Program-made: the position numbers and the translations under genes
Virus record (IMG/VR): IMGVR_UViG_3300020037_001525
Span: 25,938 to 89,937 of that record
Length of the DNA stretch: 64,000 nucleotides
Direction: 5' to 3' (one strand)
Origin: a virus
Taxonomy: Duplodnaviria > Caudoviricetes
The notes under the pieces: generated by a model
The model's input: only the letters and a program-made list of their open reading frames with translations
The model's database searches: none
Told to the model about the DNA's origin: nothing
Shown: positions 19,723 to 29,585 of the stretch, one piece after another
How positions within the stretch are numbered: position 1 is the first letter of the stretch
How the letters are laid out: each line of letters starts with the position of its first letter

Positions 19723-22700
19723 TATTCTGGAACTGTTTTCTTTGTAATAAAAAATCGAAATTCATTCTGTTGACTGTCCACGTGTCAGAATCCCACTTAG
19801 TTGAATTCTTGCTCTTTCTCAATAAATTCACTACATTGAAATACTTGTCTATGTGTTTTTCAACCATGCCACGACTAACATGCAATGTTGTCACTTGGTC
19901 TGCTGAAGAGGTGAAGTTCTTTGAATTCGAAACACCATCTATGTGATAAATTTCACCTGTTGGCATATAGCGTATATTCATGCCTACCTTAATTCTCCTG
20001 TCAGGTTTTATGTTTATCGAACCCTGTCTAACGAATGGTAGGTATGCATTTGTTTCTATTAGCCAATCCAAATCTTGTCTTCCTTGTTCTTGTATGTTTT
20101 CTAAATTACTTTTTGATTGGTCTGATTCAACATGGTCAAAATCCAAGTACTGTGTTGTTACATCTAATATCTTACTTCCCCAAATTTCCATATATTCTGG
20201 CAGCATTACTGCTGGGAGAATTATCAACGAACCACCACCTGTTGCGTCTATTATTGAGCCTGCAGGATTCAGTTTATACCATGTATAGAATTCATTCGTA
20301 AATGATAGGTTATCAGAGATAACATCATGAGCAAATACATTTATGCAGTAGTTTGTTTTGAACGATTGTTCTGAATATGGTGGTTTTCTACATATAAAAT
20401 AGAATTTATCACCATACGTATCCATGAAGAATTCAATGAAAGGTGGTTGACAAATCTTTCTTATCAGGTTTAACAAGCTTCCCATTGCTGTTGTGAAGCT
20501 ACTGTCAGCTATCTTGCGTTCACTTATTTCTGGGTCAACTGCGAGCCTCATTATCTGCCATATTCCGTTCGCTTGAACACTCTTATAATCAAATCCATTC
20601 TCTGTTTGTTCCCTTGTTATTATGAACGCTTTTTCCTTGTAAGAATTGAATAGACTATCTGGGCAGATGTCAATATTGGAAAGTTGACTGAATATGAACG
20701 TCAACCACTCCATTATGGTTTGTGTCTTGTCAAAGTTGAATGTTATATCCCCTGCGAATCCCTGTATATTCTTCCTGATATTGCTCTCATACTCATTTTT
20801 ATTAGTGTTTGAACTTGGTATTATCAAGCGATTGCCACACTTATTCTTTGTGCTGTTCTTGATTATTTGTTCTCTGTCATCCGTTGCATATTCTACATCG
20901 AAGAAATAGACACCATCGTCTAACAATGTCTTGCTCAAGTCCTTGCCAGATATGTTAACATTGTATTCGTTGTTGGCTGAATTGTATGTTGTTGAAACAT
21001 CATCAACCAACCCTATTAAATCAAATACTCCACCACCGAGTACGTCACTTGTCATAGATAAATCTTGACTCATACGTTCATTGTCAATCTGTAGTTTCTC
21101 TAATTTGATGAATATCAGGTCATTGTTCTGTAAATACGTGTTAAAGAACGACTCATTCCTCTTATAGAATCTGTATTCTTCGTTTTGAAACTCATTGTTA
21201 TCATCATTGAAATTAACAAAAGTTCTTGATAAGTCAAACAGTTCTTCTCTCAATATAGATTCCTTATGTACAAAGTTATCTATATTGTATTGACTCCTCG
21301 TGCTGTACTCCATAACTCTAAGGTCATCATGATTGAGTTTGGTTGTATCTATACCATCCTTATATACAATATGCGGCAAACCTATGTTGAAGTTCCCACC
21401 ATTCTTATTGACATTTATGTTTATTGTACTTATATACTTGCTGATGTCAACCACATAAGCACCTGTTTTGTCGAGTGCTTTACACCATATGAATACCTGT
21501 ACTTGTTCTTCTCTTTTGTACAAATTCCCTTCTCTGCTGAATCCAGCATCCTTGTGAGATATCTTTTTGTAGTTAGGATTATTGAGAAGTGCTCTTATGT
21601 TCTTTTCAATGAAAGTATTATAAGCAACATTCTCAGCAATAGTTTGGTTGATAGAATAGATTGACCTGTTTTTTATTGCTGAAAACGGCACTGCAATCTG
21701 CGCTCCGAACCCTATGAAGTTCTTTGTCGGTTTATTATTGTAAAGTTTCATTTTCTCATCATTGTATGATGAGAGTATTGAATTCTTGTTATCATACTTC
21801 TCATAATTGAACACTTGCTCGTCTGTGAGGTTGATGTGATAGAAGTCAATGAATTCTTGCAAACTTGTTATTTTGCTGCTTATGTTAGTTATTACAGTAT
21901 ATTCTGGTTGTGCCTGCTTGTTTGTTTCCTTTTCATCTTTTTGAGTAGTTCTGTTTTCAGAAACTAATGTATTTGAGTTGATTTGTTCTTGTAATAGATT
22001 CTGAACAATTATGAATCCATATATACTTGATATCCTTCTCCTTCTTCTGTACACCCCTTGGCCATCTCTGCCACCCTCTGAATCAGTGTTACCTTCTATT
22101 GTGTTGACATATCCATCTTCTACACTCTCCACTATACCTGTGTGTCCCTTACCCTTTGTGAACTTCATTATGAATATAGAACCCTTAACAATCAAGTGTG
22201 TTTCTTTGTTATCTGCCTTCACTGCGTTCTTTACAAGATTCCACTGCGACAGACACCCACCTGTAACTTGTAGTGGATTCTGTATCTTCATTCTCTTACA
22301 TGTCTCATCATATACCCAAAATACAAACGCCATACACCAATAATTTCCTGGACGTAAACCAACACTTCTCAAATATGTATCAACCTCTTTACCAGAATTT
22401 GAGCCAAGTGGTTTCTCCTGCACTCCTATCTGACTTTTAGCTATCTCAACTATCGTATTACTGATGAGGTTGCTGTCAGTCTTTGGCAATGCAATGTTCG
22501 TACTTGGTGCATTGCTATTTATAGAGCCTGAAGTGTAGAATTGGTATTCACGCTTTCTCCTTTCGTTTAATACAGGGTCATATTGAGAAACACCATCCTT
22601 CTTGGATTTGTTGTGCTTCATGAAAGCAGCCTTAATCTTCGTGTTATCCTTTGCTTCAATCGCTATCCTCATGTCTTTTGTTATGCTTCCAACATTGTAA

Positions 22701-22978
22701 GCAAAACTACATAATGCATCGAATTGGTTCTGTGTTAGTGTTGTGTTTATCAACTTGAACCAATTATATACATTCTTTATGATATGAGAAGTAAGATATT
22801 TGCTTGCCTCTTGTGAATTTTCTTTGAAATCAACCTTATCACCGAACTGTACAGGTCTTCCATCTGTATGGTAGTGATTCCCATAACATATAGCATAGCC
22901 ATTCTTATCCCAATAAGCCTTGTTTCGGAAACCTTCCTCACGCTTCAGAAATTTTATGCCGTTTGCACTAATGACCAT
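19715..22978 (-). CDS. Tail hub protein with N-terminal GH24 lysozyme and CHAP domains
   Basis: ISANGIKFLKREEGFRNKAY..QNQFDALCSFAYNVG (phage lysozyme); YWCMAFVFW..GHTGIV..TIEGNT (CHAP Cys/His); long C-terminal hub-like region. Confidence 0.8.
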   Translation of the reverse strand: MVISANGIKFLKREEGFRNKAYWDKNGYAICYGNHYHTDGRPVQFGDKVDFKENSQEASKYLTSHIIKNVYNWFKLINTTLTQNQFDALCSFAYNVGSITKDMRIAIEAKDNTKIKAAFMKHNKSKKDGVSQYDPVLNERRKREYQFYTSGSINSNAPSTNIALPKTDSNLISNTIVEIAKSQIGVQEKPLGSNSGKEVDTYLRSVGLRPGNYWCMAFVFWVYDETCKRMKIQNPLQVTGGCLSQWNLVKNAVKADNKETHLIVKGSIFIMKFTKGKGHTGIVESVEDGYVNTIEGNTDSEGGRDGQGVYRRRRRISSIYGFIIVQNLLQEQINSNTLVSENRTTQKDEKETNKQAQPEYTVITNISSKITSLQEFIDFYHINLTDEQVFNYEKYDNKNSILSSYNDEKMKLYNNKPTKNFIGFGAQIAVPFSAIKNRSIYSINQTIAENVAYNTFIEKNIRALLNNPNYKKISHKDAGFSREGNLYKREEQVQVFIWCKALDKTGAYVVDISKYISTININVNKNGGNFNIGLPHIVYKDGIDTTKLNHDDLRVMEYSTRSQYNIDNFVHKESILREELFDLSRTFVNFNDDNNEFQNEEYRFYKRNESFFNTYLQNNDLIFIKLEKLQIDNERMSQDLSMTSDVLGGGVFDLIGLVDDVSTTYNSANNEYNVNISGKDLSKTLLDDGVYFFDVEYATDDREQIIKNSTKNKCGNRLIIPSSNTNKNEYESNIRKNIQGFAGDITFNFDKTQTIMEWLTFIFSQLSNIDICPDSLFNSYKEKAFIITREQTENGFDYKSVQANGIWQIMRLAVDPEISERKIADSSFTTAMGSLLNLIRKICQPPFIEFFMDTYGDKFYFICRKPPYSEQSFKTNYCINVFAHDVISDNLSFTNEFYTWYKLNPAGSIIDATGGGSLIILPAVMLPEYMEIWGSKILDVTTQYLDFDHVESDQSKSNLENIQEQGRQDLDWLIETNAYLPFVRQGSINIKPDRRIKVGMNIRYMPTGEIYHIDGVSNSKNFTSSADQVTTLHVSRGMVEKHIDKYFNVVNLLRKSKNSTKWDSDTWTVNRMNFDFLLQRKQFQNNE

Positions 22979-24626
22979 TTAAATTCGCTGGTTTTGTTGT
23001 GTTATTGAATCTATTTCCCATATTCTTATTTAATTGCCAATCTGTAGAACGACCTGTTTGTTGACTTCCAGACACTCCCTTTAATGCACTGTCTAAGGCT
23101 GTCATTACATTACCCCAGAATGAACGCCATGCAGCCATAGCATTATCGACTATTTTATCCTGTTCTAATACAAAACTATCACTTCTGTCTCTTATTTTTT
23201 CATAAACATTATCATCCTTCGTCATCTTGCCTGTACCTTCAGTTGCTCCTAAAAATTTCTCAAGATTTCCATCAGAATCAAGCCTATTAGCATCCTGTTG
23301 TTTCATGCCTAATTGCTTTAACACCATTCTTCTCATTTCACCTTGTGGCATTCTCATGATGTCTGGCAATATAGCCTTCATATTTTCTGCTGAAGCACCA
23401 TCTTCTTGTTTTGCAAGAATATCTGTATACGATGCATTTGGGTTTGCTCTCTTTAACATTTCGAATATGTAAGCCTTCATCCCACCATTTTGTGGACTTT
23501 GTATTCCTGCATTCATACCCTGCATAACACTGCCTAATCTATCATCTGCGAACCTTCCACCTATACCCTGACCACTCAATAATAGATTTGCAGCATACCC
23601 TTCATCAACTTTCTCTGATGAATTTTTCTGCATCCCCATGATACCACTTACTGTTTGTAGAGCCTGTGGTATCCTTGCAAAATCTCCTTTGTTTACACCT
23701 AACAACCCTTTAGATTCGCTCCTTTTCAATATTTCAGCTATAATCACTGTTGGGTCTGAGCCACCCTGAAAAGCGAATCTGTCAAACTGCTGTGTATCAC
23801 CATCACTAACACCAAAAGCATTCTTTAAATATGCTCTTCGTATTGTTTCTTCACCTATGTTGTTTCCACTTCCACGACTTTGTGCTGTTTGTAGAGCAAA
23901 TGCAGCATAATCATTAGAATCCATACCAGAAGAAGCATCATAACTTCCTCTATAAGCCTGTGAGAACACCGCATTATTCTTGTTATCTCTTCTTACTTGT
24001 TCCCAACCATCCACCATTCCTTTGCCGATGATTGCAGCAATGGCTAATGCTGTACTCGCTGCTGCTATAACACCACCTGCTACCCCACCTGCGCCTGTTG
24101 CAGAACCACCTACCAAACCACCTCTTGTCGCATTAATAACACTGCTTGCATTACCACCTCTCGCTAATGTTTGAAATCCTCTTTGTAAAGCAGTAGTTAC
24201 GTTGTTGCCACCTGCATTCCCACCAACTCCTGGAACATTGTTAGAACGTGCATTCTGTACTTGTTTTCTTGCAATTTGAGAAGTCATGGTTTTAGAGAAA
24301 TTCTCTAATGCTGTTGAAGCCTTATCGAATTTGTCTGTTGAAGCCTTGCGTAAACTTTCTATTTTGTTCTTGTAGGCATCATTACCTCTTTCAGCCATTG
24401 TGTCAAATGTAGAATTTGACTTGGCTCTTGCTGATTGAAGAGTGCTTTTTAATGTATTGATTTTATCGTTGACATTTGAAAACTGACTGTCTACACCTGA
24501 TAGTGCGTCCCCTAAATTAATATTAGTGAAAGCATCCTTCAGGTTTTGTTTAGTTCTCTGTATCTCTTTATTCAAATCAGAGGCATCACCTGAGATGGAT
24601 ATCCTAATCAGTTTTTCATCTTCCAT
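22968..24626 (-). CDS. Tape measure-like protein
   Basis: Coiled-coil N-terminus, Gly/Ala-rich hydrophobic middle; after tail chaperones, before hub. Confidence 0.65.
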   Translation of the reverse strand: MEDEKLIRISISGDASDLNKEIQRTKQNLKDAFTNINLGDALSGVDSQFSNVNDKINTLKSTLQSARAKSNSTFDTMAERGNDAYKNKIESLRKASTDKFDKASTALENFSKTMTSQIARKQVQNARSNNVPGVGGNAGGNNVTTALQRGFQTLARGGNASSVINATRGGLVGGSATGAGGVAGGVIAAASTALAIAAIIGKGMVDGWEQVRRDNKNNAVFSQAYRGSYDASSGMDSNDYAAFALQTAQSRGSGNNIGEETIRRAYLKNAFGVSDGDTQQFDRFAFQGGSDPTVIIAEILKRSESKGLLGVNKGDFARIPQALQTVSGIMGMQKNSSEKVDEGYAANLLLSGQGIGGRFADDRLGSVMQGMNAGIQSPQNGGMKAYIFEMLKRANPNASYTDILAKQEDGASAENMKAILPDIMRMPQGEMRRMVLKQLGMKQQDANRLDSDGNLEKFLGATEGTGKMTKDDNVYEKIRDRSDSFVLEQDKIVDNAMAAWRSFWGNVMTALDSALKGVSGSQQTGRSTDWQLNKNMGNRFNNTTKPANLNGH

Positions 24627-24629
24627 TTG

Positions 24630-24965
24630 TTAAAATTTTGTTATATCAATGCTATCAAATTCTTTGTCAACCTCTTTCTTGGACAATTTAATGACTTTAT
24701 CTTTCTTGTTATCGCCAACAACAAAACTGTCTAATAACATATCATCCGTATCTTTTTTCTCTTCTATCTTGCTCTTTATATACTCCTCTTCAATTATATC
24801 AAAACACATATCAACATGAGAAGCATTCAAGTGTTCGGTCGAACCGAATGGTATCTTATACTTTTTTCTCCATAGATAATCATATGGATACTGGTTATTC
24901 CACTTTATTACTTTCTGCAGTATTGTCATCGGTCTTGTTTTCTTTGGTTCCCAATATTGCTTCAA
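24630..24965 (-). CDS. Putative tail assembly chaperone (second)
   Basis: Between tube and tape measure; real start may be the internal ATG (MTILQK). Confidence 0.5.
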   Translation of the reverse strand: MKQYWEPKKTRPMTILQKVIKWNNQYPYDYLWRKKYKIPFGSTEHLNASHVDMCFDIIEEEYIKSKIEEKKDTDDMLLDSFVVGDNKKDKVIKLSKKEVDKEFDSIDITKF

Positions 24966-25287
24966 TTATGCTGTTGTCAATTTCTGTAAGCCAATTCACT
25001 ATCTCATTTCTATATGCTATCACAAACGTCATCTCTAACACAGGTGTGAGATTAGCAAAATTTTCAATCTTCAAGCCTAAAGCAGGACATAGAACACTTA
25101 GATATGCATAAGCATCAATGATATCAAGCATTGCACTCGATTTTAGTGTTCCACTTTGTACAAGTTGCCCATATAAGTCCTTTGACAATATTATCTTTCT
25201 TGATTCGATTTCAAGTTTCTGTCCTACTGTTGGATATGATATCTGATGTTCTTCAGAACCAATTTTGATTATCTTTGTTGTATTCAT
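24895..25287 (-). CDS. Putative tail assembly chaperone (first)
   Basis: 130 aa ORF in the canonical chaperone position. Confidence 0.55.
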   Translation of the reverse strand: MNTTKIIKIGSEEHQISYPTVGQKLEIESRKIILSKDLYGQLVQSGTLKSSAMLDIIDAYAYLSVLCPALGLKIENFANLTPVLEMTFVIAYRNEIVNWLTEIDNSIIEAILGTKENKTDDNTAESNKVE

Positions 25288-25309
25288 TTTGTTTGTTTTT
25301 TATTTTTTA

Positions 25310-25351
25310 AAAGAAAAATGCACAATAAAGCATGGAAGCTCATATTGTGCA
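25310..25351 (-). terminator. Terminator-like hairpin
   Basis: TGCACAATA (25319-25327) / TATTGTGCA (25343-25351), followed on the minus strand by TTTTTCTTTT. Confidence 0.55.
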
Positions 25352-25392
25352 CAATTCAAATAATTAAACCTTGATTATAATAACTGTGTTGG

Positions 25393-25671
25393 TTATTCCT
25401 TAGCTTCCAATCCAAAAGCCTTAGTGATGATTCGCATAGCACCAGTAACAAACACTATAATCTTATTCACAAGTGCTTCAGTGCCATCTGGTATCTCATC
25501 TGCAAACGTGGCTAATGCTAATGCTAAGATGGTGGCTAATGCTAACCAAATGTTAAATATTTGAGAAGCTATCTTTGGAGATGGAGCATGGAAATTCAAA
25601 ACAACTTTCGTGTCCTTCAAATCAACTGCTTTGTTGCCTATTATAACCTTATCCATTTTTTGTTCGTTCAT
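25393..25671 (-). CDS. Small two-TM membrane protein, holin-like
   Basis: Hydrophobic IFNIWLALATILALALATFA and IIVFVTGAMRII segments. Confidence 0.45.
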   Translation of the reverse strand: MNEQKMDKVIIGNKAVDLKDTKVVLNFHAPSPKIASQIFNIWLALATILALALATFADEIPDGTEALVNKIIVFVTGAMRIITKAFGLEAKE

Positions 25672-25692
25672 GTTTTCTTGTTTAATTTGTTA

Positions 25693-26169
25693 TTAAATAG
25701 GGAATAGTATTGGTGTTGAGTAATCAAAGTCAACATCTCTTCCAGATATTTGTGACTCTGATATGTCAAATGATTCTCTTGTTATGAAGCAACCTTTGAT
25801 ACTTGCAAATATTTCTAATTTTGGTACAATAACACCACTCGGCAAAACTGTGTCCTCAACTTTCCTCAGAATATCGATTTGAACTCCATTATTGCTAAGA
25901 AGAAGTGTGTCTTCCCATTCTTGGACAGTGTTCATTCTCCTTAGTAAAGCACCAGGAATCACTTCCTTGCTTAAATCTATGGCAAATGCACCACAATTTA
26001 ATGTACCTGTCCAGTCCAATGGGGCATATTCCGATGCAACTAAAGCACCAATACCAACCACCTTTTGTAGTCTTATATTCTCGGTGCAACGTATTGATTT
26101 CATCTTCCCAATAGCAACTCCATTTACTTTTATGATTGCCAAGGGTGCTGTCATTACTCTATCTGCCAT
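25693..26169 (-). CDS. Tail tube protein
   Basis: 158 aa directly after the sheath; IIKVNGVAIGKMKSI..ENI..VVGIG pattern. Confidence 0.8.
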   Translation of the reverse strand: MADRVMTAPLAIIKVNGVAIGKMKSIRCTENIRLQKVVGIGALVASEYAPLDWTGTLNCGAFAIDLSKEVIPGALLRRMNTVQEWEDTLLLSNNGVQIDILRKVEDTVLPSGVIVPKLEIFASIKGCFITRESFDISESQISGRDVDFDYSTPILFPI

Positions 26170-26194
26170 GATTTGTTAGTTTTATGTTTGTTTT

Positions 26195-27880
26195 TTAAAT
26201 ACTTATGTTAGGGTCAATCACATAACCAGTGAAGAACAATCTGTTTATTGGTGAATTAGGTACAAAGCAATATGAAATGTGCCAATCTGCTCCTTGTAAT
26301 TCAACTTTCACGTTCTCATATCTGATTATGAGATTGTCAGCTAATGGTTGAGCAATTCGAGATAGCAAGTATCCTTCAGTAAATGCTTTGATTTCAGCAG
26401 CAGATGCTGTGTTCAAGTTTCCTCCAACATATCTTGGTGTGGCATTTATAATCAATTCCTTATTCAACTGATGTTTGATTCTCTTAATGGAGATTTCTGG
26501 TGTCGCTCCACTTGGATATACCAATGCACTGTTTGGATTCAATGTTGTAACTGCTTGATTACAAACATAACCCATATTCGATACATATCTCACATGGAAT
26601 AATCCTACAAGCAAAGCTTGTTCTCTTTGTGATTTCTTCAATTCGTGTTTAACTCCAATAATTCTTACATCTTTATAAGTAGGAGATGTCTGAGGCTCAA
26701 GACCTGCTGTACGACCACACCATAAAGCAGCATGATATAAGCTATCTACAAATTTATATGGCAATGCTGTATTGAAACTTGAAGGCACTTTTACTTGGCT
26801 ATGTACAACAGCTACTGAATCATTATTGAAATATGCGCAAAGTTGTAAAGAACCATCTACACCACCACCAGGAATATCATATTGTGCAGAATTTTGTCCT
26901 CCACCAATCCATAACAATTTATCTGTATAGGTTGATGTGTTATTAACATAAGCTAATAATTTGTCATTGAATGTCGATAGTGCACCTTTGTTTGCTCCTG
27001 CCAATATCTCTCCACCTGTCAATGCAGGTGAAGGTGTTATGCCATAATCCAAAGAAAGAATCATACTATGGTCTAAATCCTCTATGCTTGATAGAACTGA
27101 GTCCATAGCTGTTGTGCTATAAGCTTCTGTACCTGATGCAAATAATTGGTGCGCAGAAAAGTTTGTCACATCAGCTGTAACAAGAGATATTGCTGATGCT
27201 GTGCTTGCAGATAAAGTGAAGTATGAATTGAATATCTCATCAGCTGCCATCCAAGCTATAATCTGATTAACATTAAGGATTTCTGGTGTTTGTGTCAATA
27301 GACGTTCTTTCACTAAAGTTTCTGCCATTTCATATTCTGTACCTGCACTGTCTGCACCTCTGTATTGCCCTTCATAGAATTGCAATATGAATTTAGCAGA
27401 ATCGATTGTACCTGCTTTTAATTTCATGGAATACCCTCTTGTTAAGACTGTTCCACCTGTTAATACCCCATTGCCTCTTATTCCTTCGTTCTTAGCTTTA
27501 ACAGTGATTGCACCATTTGAGAATGTTATCAATTTTAAAGCAGCAACTGTAGTCGCAGCACGAGCATATTGCAATTTGTTTATCCCTCTGCCGTTTCTTG
27601 AAGGATTCCATAGATAGTCCATCAAATCCCATAACAATCCGCCACCAAATGCTTTCTTACAATCTTCTACAGAAGAGAATTCGTACACTGCTTGTGCATT
27701 TTGTGCAAGTTCACCTGTTATACCAGAGCCAAATCCATAGTTCTTGCCGAGACCAGTATCAATCAATAACACTGTTCCAAAAGCACCTGTTACTGGTGGA
27801 ATTGCTCCTAAACCTCTGATAGTTGAGTAACTTCCTGGTTCAACTATTTGTCTATTGTTAAAATTTACAATTAAAGGCAT
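26195..27880 (-). CDS. Tail sheath protein
   Basis: 561 aa; IVEPGSYS N-terminus, C-terminal EISIKRI..YVGG..AEIKAF..FVPNSPINRL as in SPO1/Twort-type sheaths. Confidence 0.85.
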   Translation of the reverse strand: MPLIVNFNNRQIVEPGSYSTIRGLGAIPPVTGAFGTVLLIDTGLGKNYGFGSGITGELAQNAQAVYEFSSVEDCKKAFGGGLLWDLMDYLWNPSRNGRGINKLQYARAATTVAALKLITFSNGAITVKAKNEGIRGNGVLTGGTVLTRGYSMKLKAGTIDSAKFILQFYEGQYRGADSAGTEYEMAETLVKERLLTQTPEILNVNQIIAWMAADEIFNSYFTLSASTASAISLVTADVTNFSAHQLFASGTEAYSTTAMDSVLSSIEDLDHSMILSLDYGITPSPALTGGEILAGANKGALSTFNDKLLAYVNNTSTYTDKLLWIGGGQNSAQYDIPGGGVDGSLQLCAYFNNDSVAVVHSQVKVPSSFNTALPYKFVDSLYHAALWCGRTAGLEPQTSPTYKDVRIIGVKHELKKSQREQALLVGLFHVRYVSNMGYVCNQAVTTLNPNSALVYPSGATPEISIKRIKHQLNKELIINATPRYVGGNLNTASAAEIKAFTEGYLLSRIAQPLADNLIIRYENVKVELQGADWHISYCFVPNSPINRLFFTGYVIDPNISI

Positions 27881-27912
27881 AATTTATTGTTTTTCTTTGT
27901 TTATTGTTATTG

Positions 27913-28146
27913 TTACTTGTTCTTTGGAGTGTTTACCTTGACTTCTTTAACATCCTCTTTAGCATCATCACCATTTGAGATGTTCTTCATCTCTCCTAAA
28001 TCAAAGTCATTCTTTAGGAATGTGTACCACTCTGGGTATGTCTTCTCCATGTTAGCGTATTTCTTGTAAATGACGCTTAGATTAATCTCATTGATACCTC
28101 CATGGATATCACAAAATCTAACATTGTTTATTTTTCCTAAGCTCAT
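27913..28146 (-). CDS. Small hypothetical protein
   Basis: 77 aa ORF in frame with the module, preceded by the conserved upstream motif. Confidence 0.55.
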   Translation of the reverse strand: MSLGKINNVRFCDIHGGINEINLSVIYKKYANMEKTYPEWYTFLKNDFDLGEMKNISNGDDAKEDVKEVKVNTPKNK

Positions 28147-28161
28147 ATTGTATTTTGATTT

Positions 28162-28170
28162 TTATAACTG
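28162..28170 (-). promoter_or_regulatory. Conserved upstream motif CAGTTATAA before the sheath/tube operon
   Basis: Same motif, about 16 nt before the 27913..28146 start. Confidence 0.5.
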
Positions 28171-28173
28171 AAA

Positions 28174-28905
28174 CTAAGCCAAAGGTTTTGTTGCTATTGG
28201 TTTGGCATGATATTCTGCAACATCAATACTAAAATCATCACATATCTTAAACACCATTGCATCCATCTTTGAATATAGACTTCTGAATTCATAGGTATTT
28301 CCGTAATCAAATTGAATTGACAGATTCCTGTGGTAGATGTGCGGTGGTGTTAATTCTTGTTGCATCGTAACATCCTGACCAGATACTGTAGCATTTAACA
28401 TACCATGCAATCCAAGTGTATCACCGAATATGGTCAACATGGCTTTCAACCAGTAATATATTATCAGAACCTCATGACTGTTGTCTGATGTAATCATTAG
28501 GTGATATACAGAATTTGATGAATTGCTTTTCTTTTGGAAGATTCCATCTCCGTTACAAGTATTTCTTAAATATGTGTCTGTTTCATCAACTGATATTGCG
28601 TCGAATTTGCCCTTGTTTTCTGTTGGCAGAAGTATGTGAATGCATGGTGATGATGCCTGTTCAAGATTGTACCCAACGAAATGTTTGAGTGTCCTTGAAT
28701 TAGTGTTGTCTCTTAATAGAATTGATTTAGCCTGTTTCAAGAAATTGTATCTATCAAATTCTATTGTGTTGTTGTTATCATCTTTATCAAACATCATACC
28801 AATCAGTGTACACTCTTCTTGTGTTCCATATGCGGCATAATCTTCTTGTATGATTCTTAAGAAATTACCTATAAGATTGTATATTAAGACTTCTGGTATC
28901 AGCAT
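28174..28905 (-). CDS. Putative tail terminator/neck protein
   Basis: Position before the sheath; FVGYN..PCIHILLP.E pattern. Confidence 0.5.
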   Translation of the reverse strand: MLIPEVLIYNLIGNFLRIIQEDYAAYGTQEECTLIGMMFDKDDNNNTIEFDRYNFLKQAKSILLRDNTNSRTLKHFVGYNLEQASSPCIHILLPTENKGKFDAISVDETDTYLRNTCNGDGIFQKKSNSSNSVYHLMITSDNSHEVLIIYYWLKAMLTIFGDTLGLHGMLNATVSGQDVTMQQELTPPHIYHRNLSIQFDYGNTYEFRSLYSKMDAMVFKICDDFSIDVAEYHAKPIATKPLA

Positions 28906-28932
28906 GATTGTATAATAACTGCTCTAAATAGA

Positions 28933-28956
28933 AACTGCCCACTTCGGTGGGCAGTT
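28933..28956. terminator. Strong GC-rich hairpin, terminator-like
   Basis: Perfect 10 bp stem AACTGCCCAC-TTCG-GTGGGCAGTT downstream of the FN3 gene. Confidence 0.75.
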
Positions 28957-28981
28957 CTTTATTTTGGTTGGCTTAATGATA

Positions 28982-29527
28982 CTATGAAGTGGTCTCAGTA
29001 GCAGTAGCAGAATTTGCGCCTGTTGTGTAATCTGTTGCTGTTGCTCTCACTCTGAACCAATATTGTGTTGCGGTTGTTAAACCTGTAACCTGAAATACGC
29101 TTGCTGTTGATGTGAAGGCAACTACTCCTGTGGTGAATCCTACATTTGTTGCTCTTTCTATGATATAGCCTGTTGCATTCACAACATCTGGCCAATCGCA
29201 TGTTACTTTTGTTGCTGAATCAACTGTTGGTGTTACTGTTCCTACTGTTGGTAATGTCGGTGTATATCGTGCAACTGCTGCTGGAACGGCTTCTGTGTTT
29301 GCAACAATTGATTTCAATACAAGCGAATTGTTAGTTGCAATTGTAACTAATTGTTGAAGAGTACAAGTTAAACCTCTTCGCAAAGCCTGTGTTGCCATCT
29401 TCAACTCTTCATCAGTTCCCATGTCAATGATGTCAAGTATTGTGAAATTGTCAACACGCCCCATCATTGCGTCTGTTCTCAATGTAAAGAGAACTGTTGT
29501 ACTGTTTTTGAACTGAAAATCTGTCAT
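28982..29527 (-). CDS. Virion decoration-like protein with C-terminal fibronectin type III domain
   Basis: VTCDWPDVVNATGYIIER..VTGLTTATQYWFRVRA is FN3; has its own upstream motif and terminator. Confidence 0.7.
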   Translation of the reverse strand: MTDFQFKNSTTVLFTLRTDAMMGRVDNFTILDIIDMGTDEELKMATQALRRGLTCTLQQLVTIATNNSLVLKSIVANTEAVPAAVARYTPTLPTVGTVTPTVDSATKVTCDWPDVVNATGYIIERATNVGFTTGVVAFTSTASVFQVTGLTTATQYWFRVRATATDYTTGANSATATETTS

Positions 29528-29562
29528 TGTATTTGCTTTTTGTTTGTGATTAAAGTGATGTT

Positions 29563-29577
29563 TTATAACTGGGTTGC
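29563..29577 (-). promoter_or_regulatory. Conserved upstream motif GCAACCCAGTTATAA before FN3 gene
   Basis: Same motif, 36 nt before the start codon. Confidence 0.5.
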
Positions 29578-29585
29578 GGTTATCA

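Noticed and set aside
24895-24965. Programmed -1 frameshift between the two tail chaperone genes
   Set aside because: The second ORF is in the +1 frame relative to the first and no X XXY YYZ heptamer is present; an internal ATG explains it.
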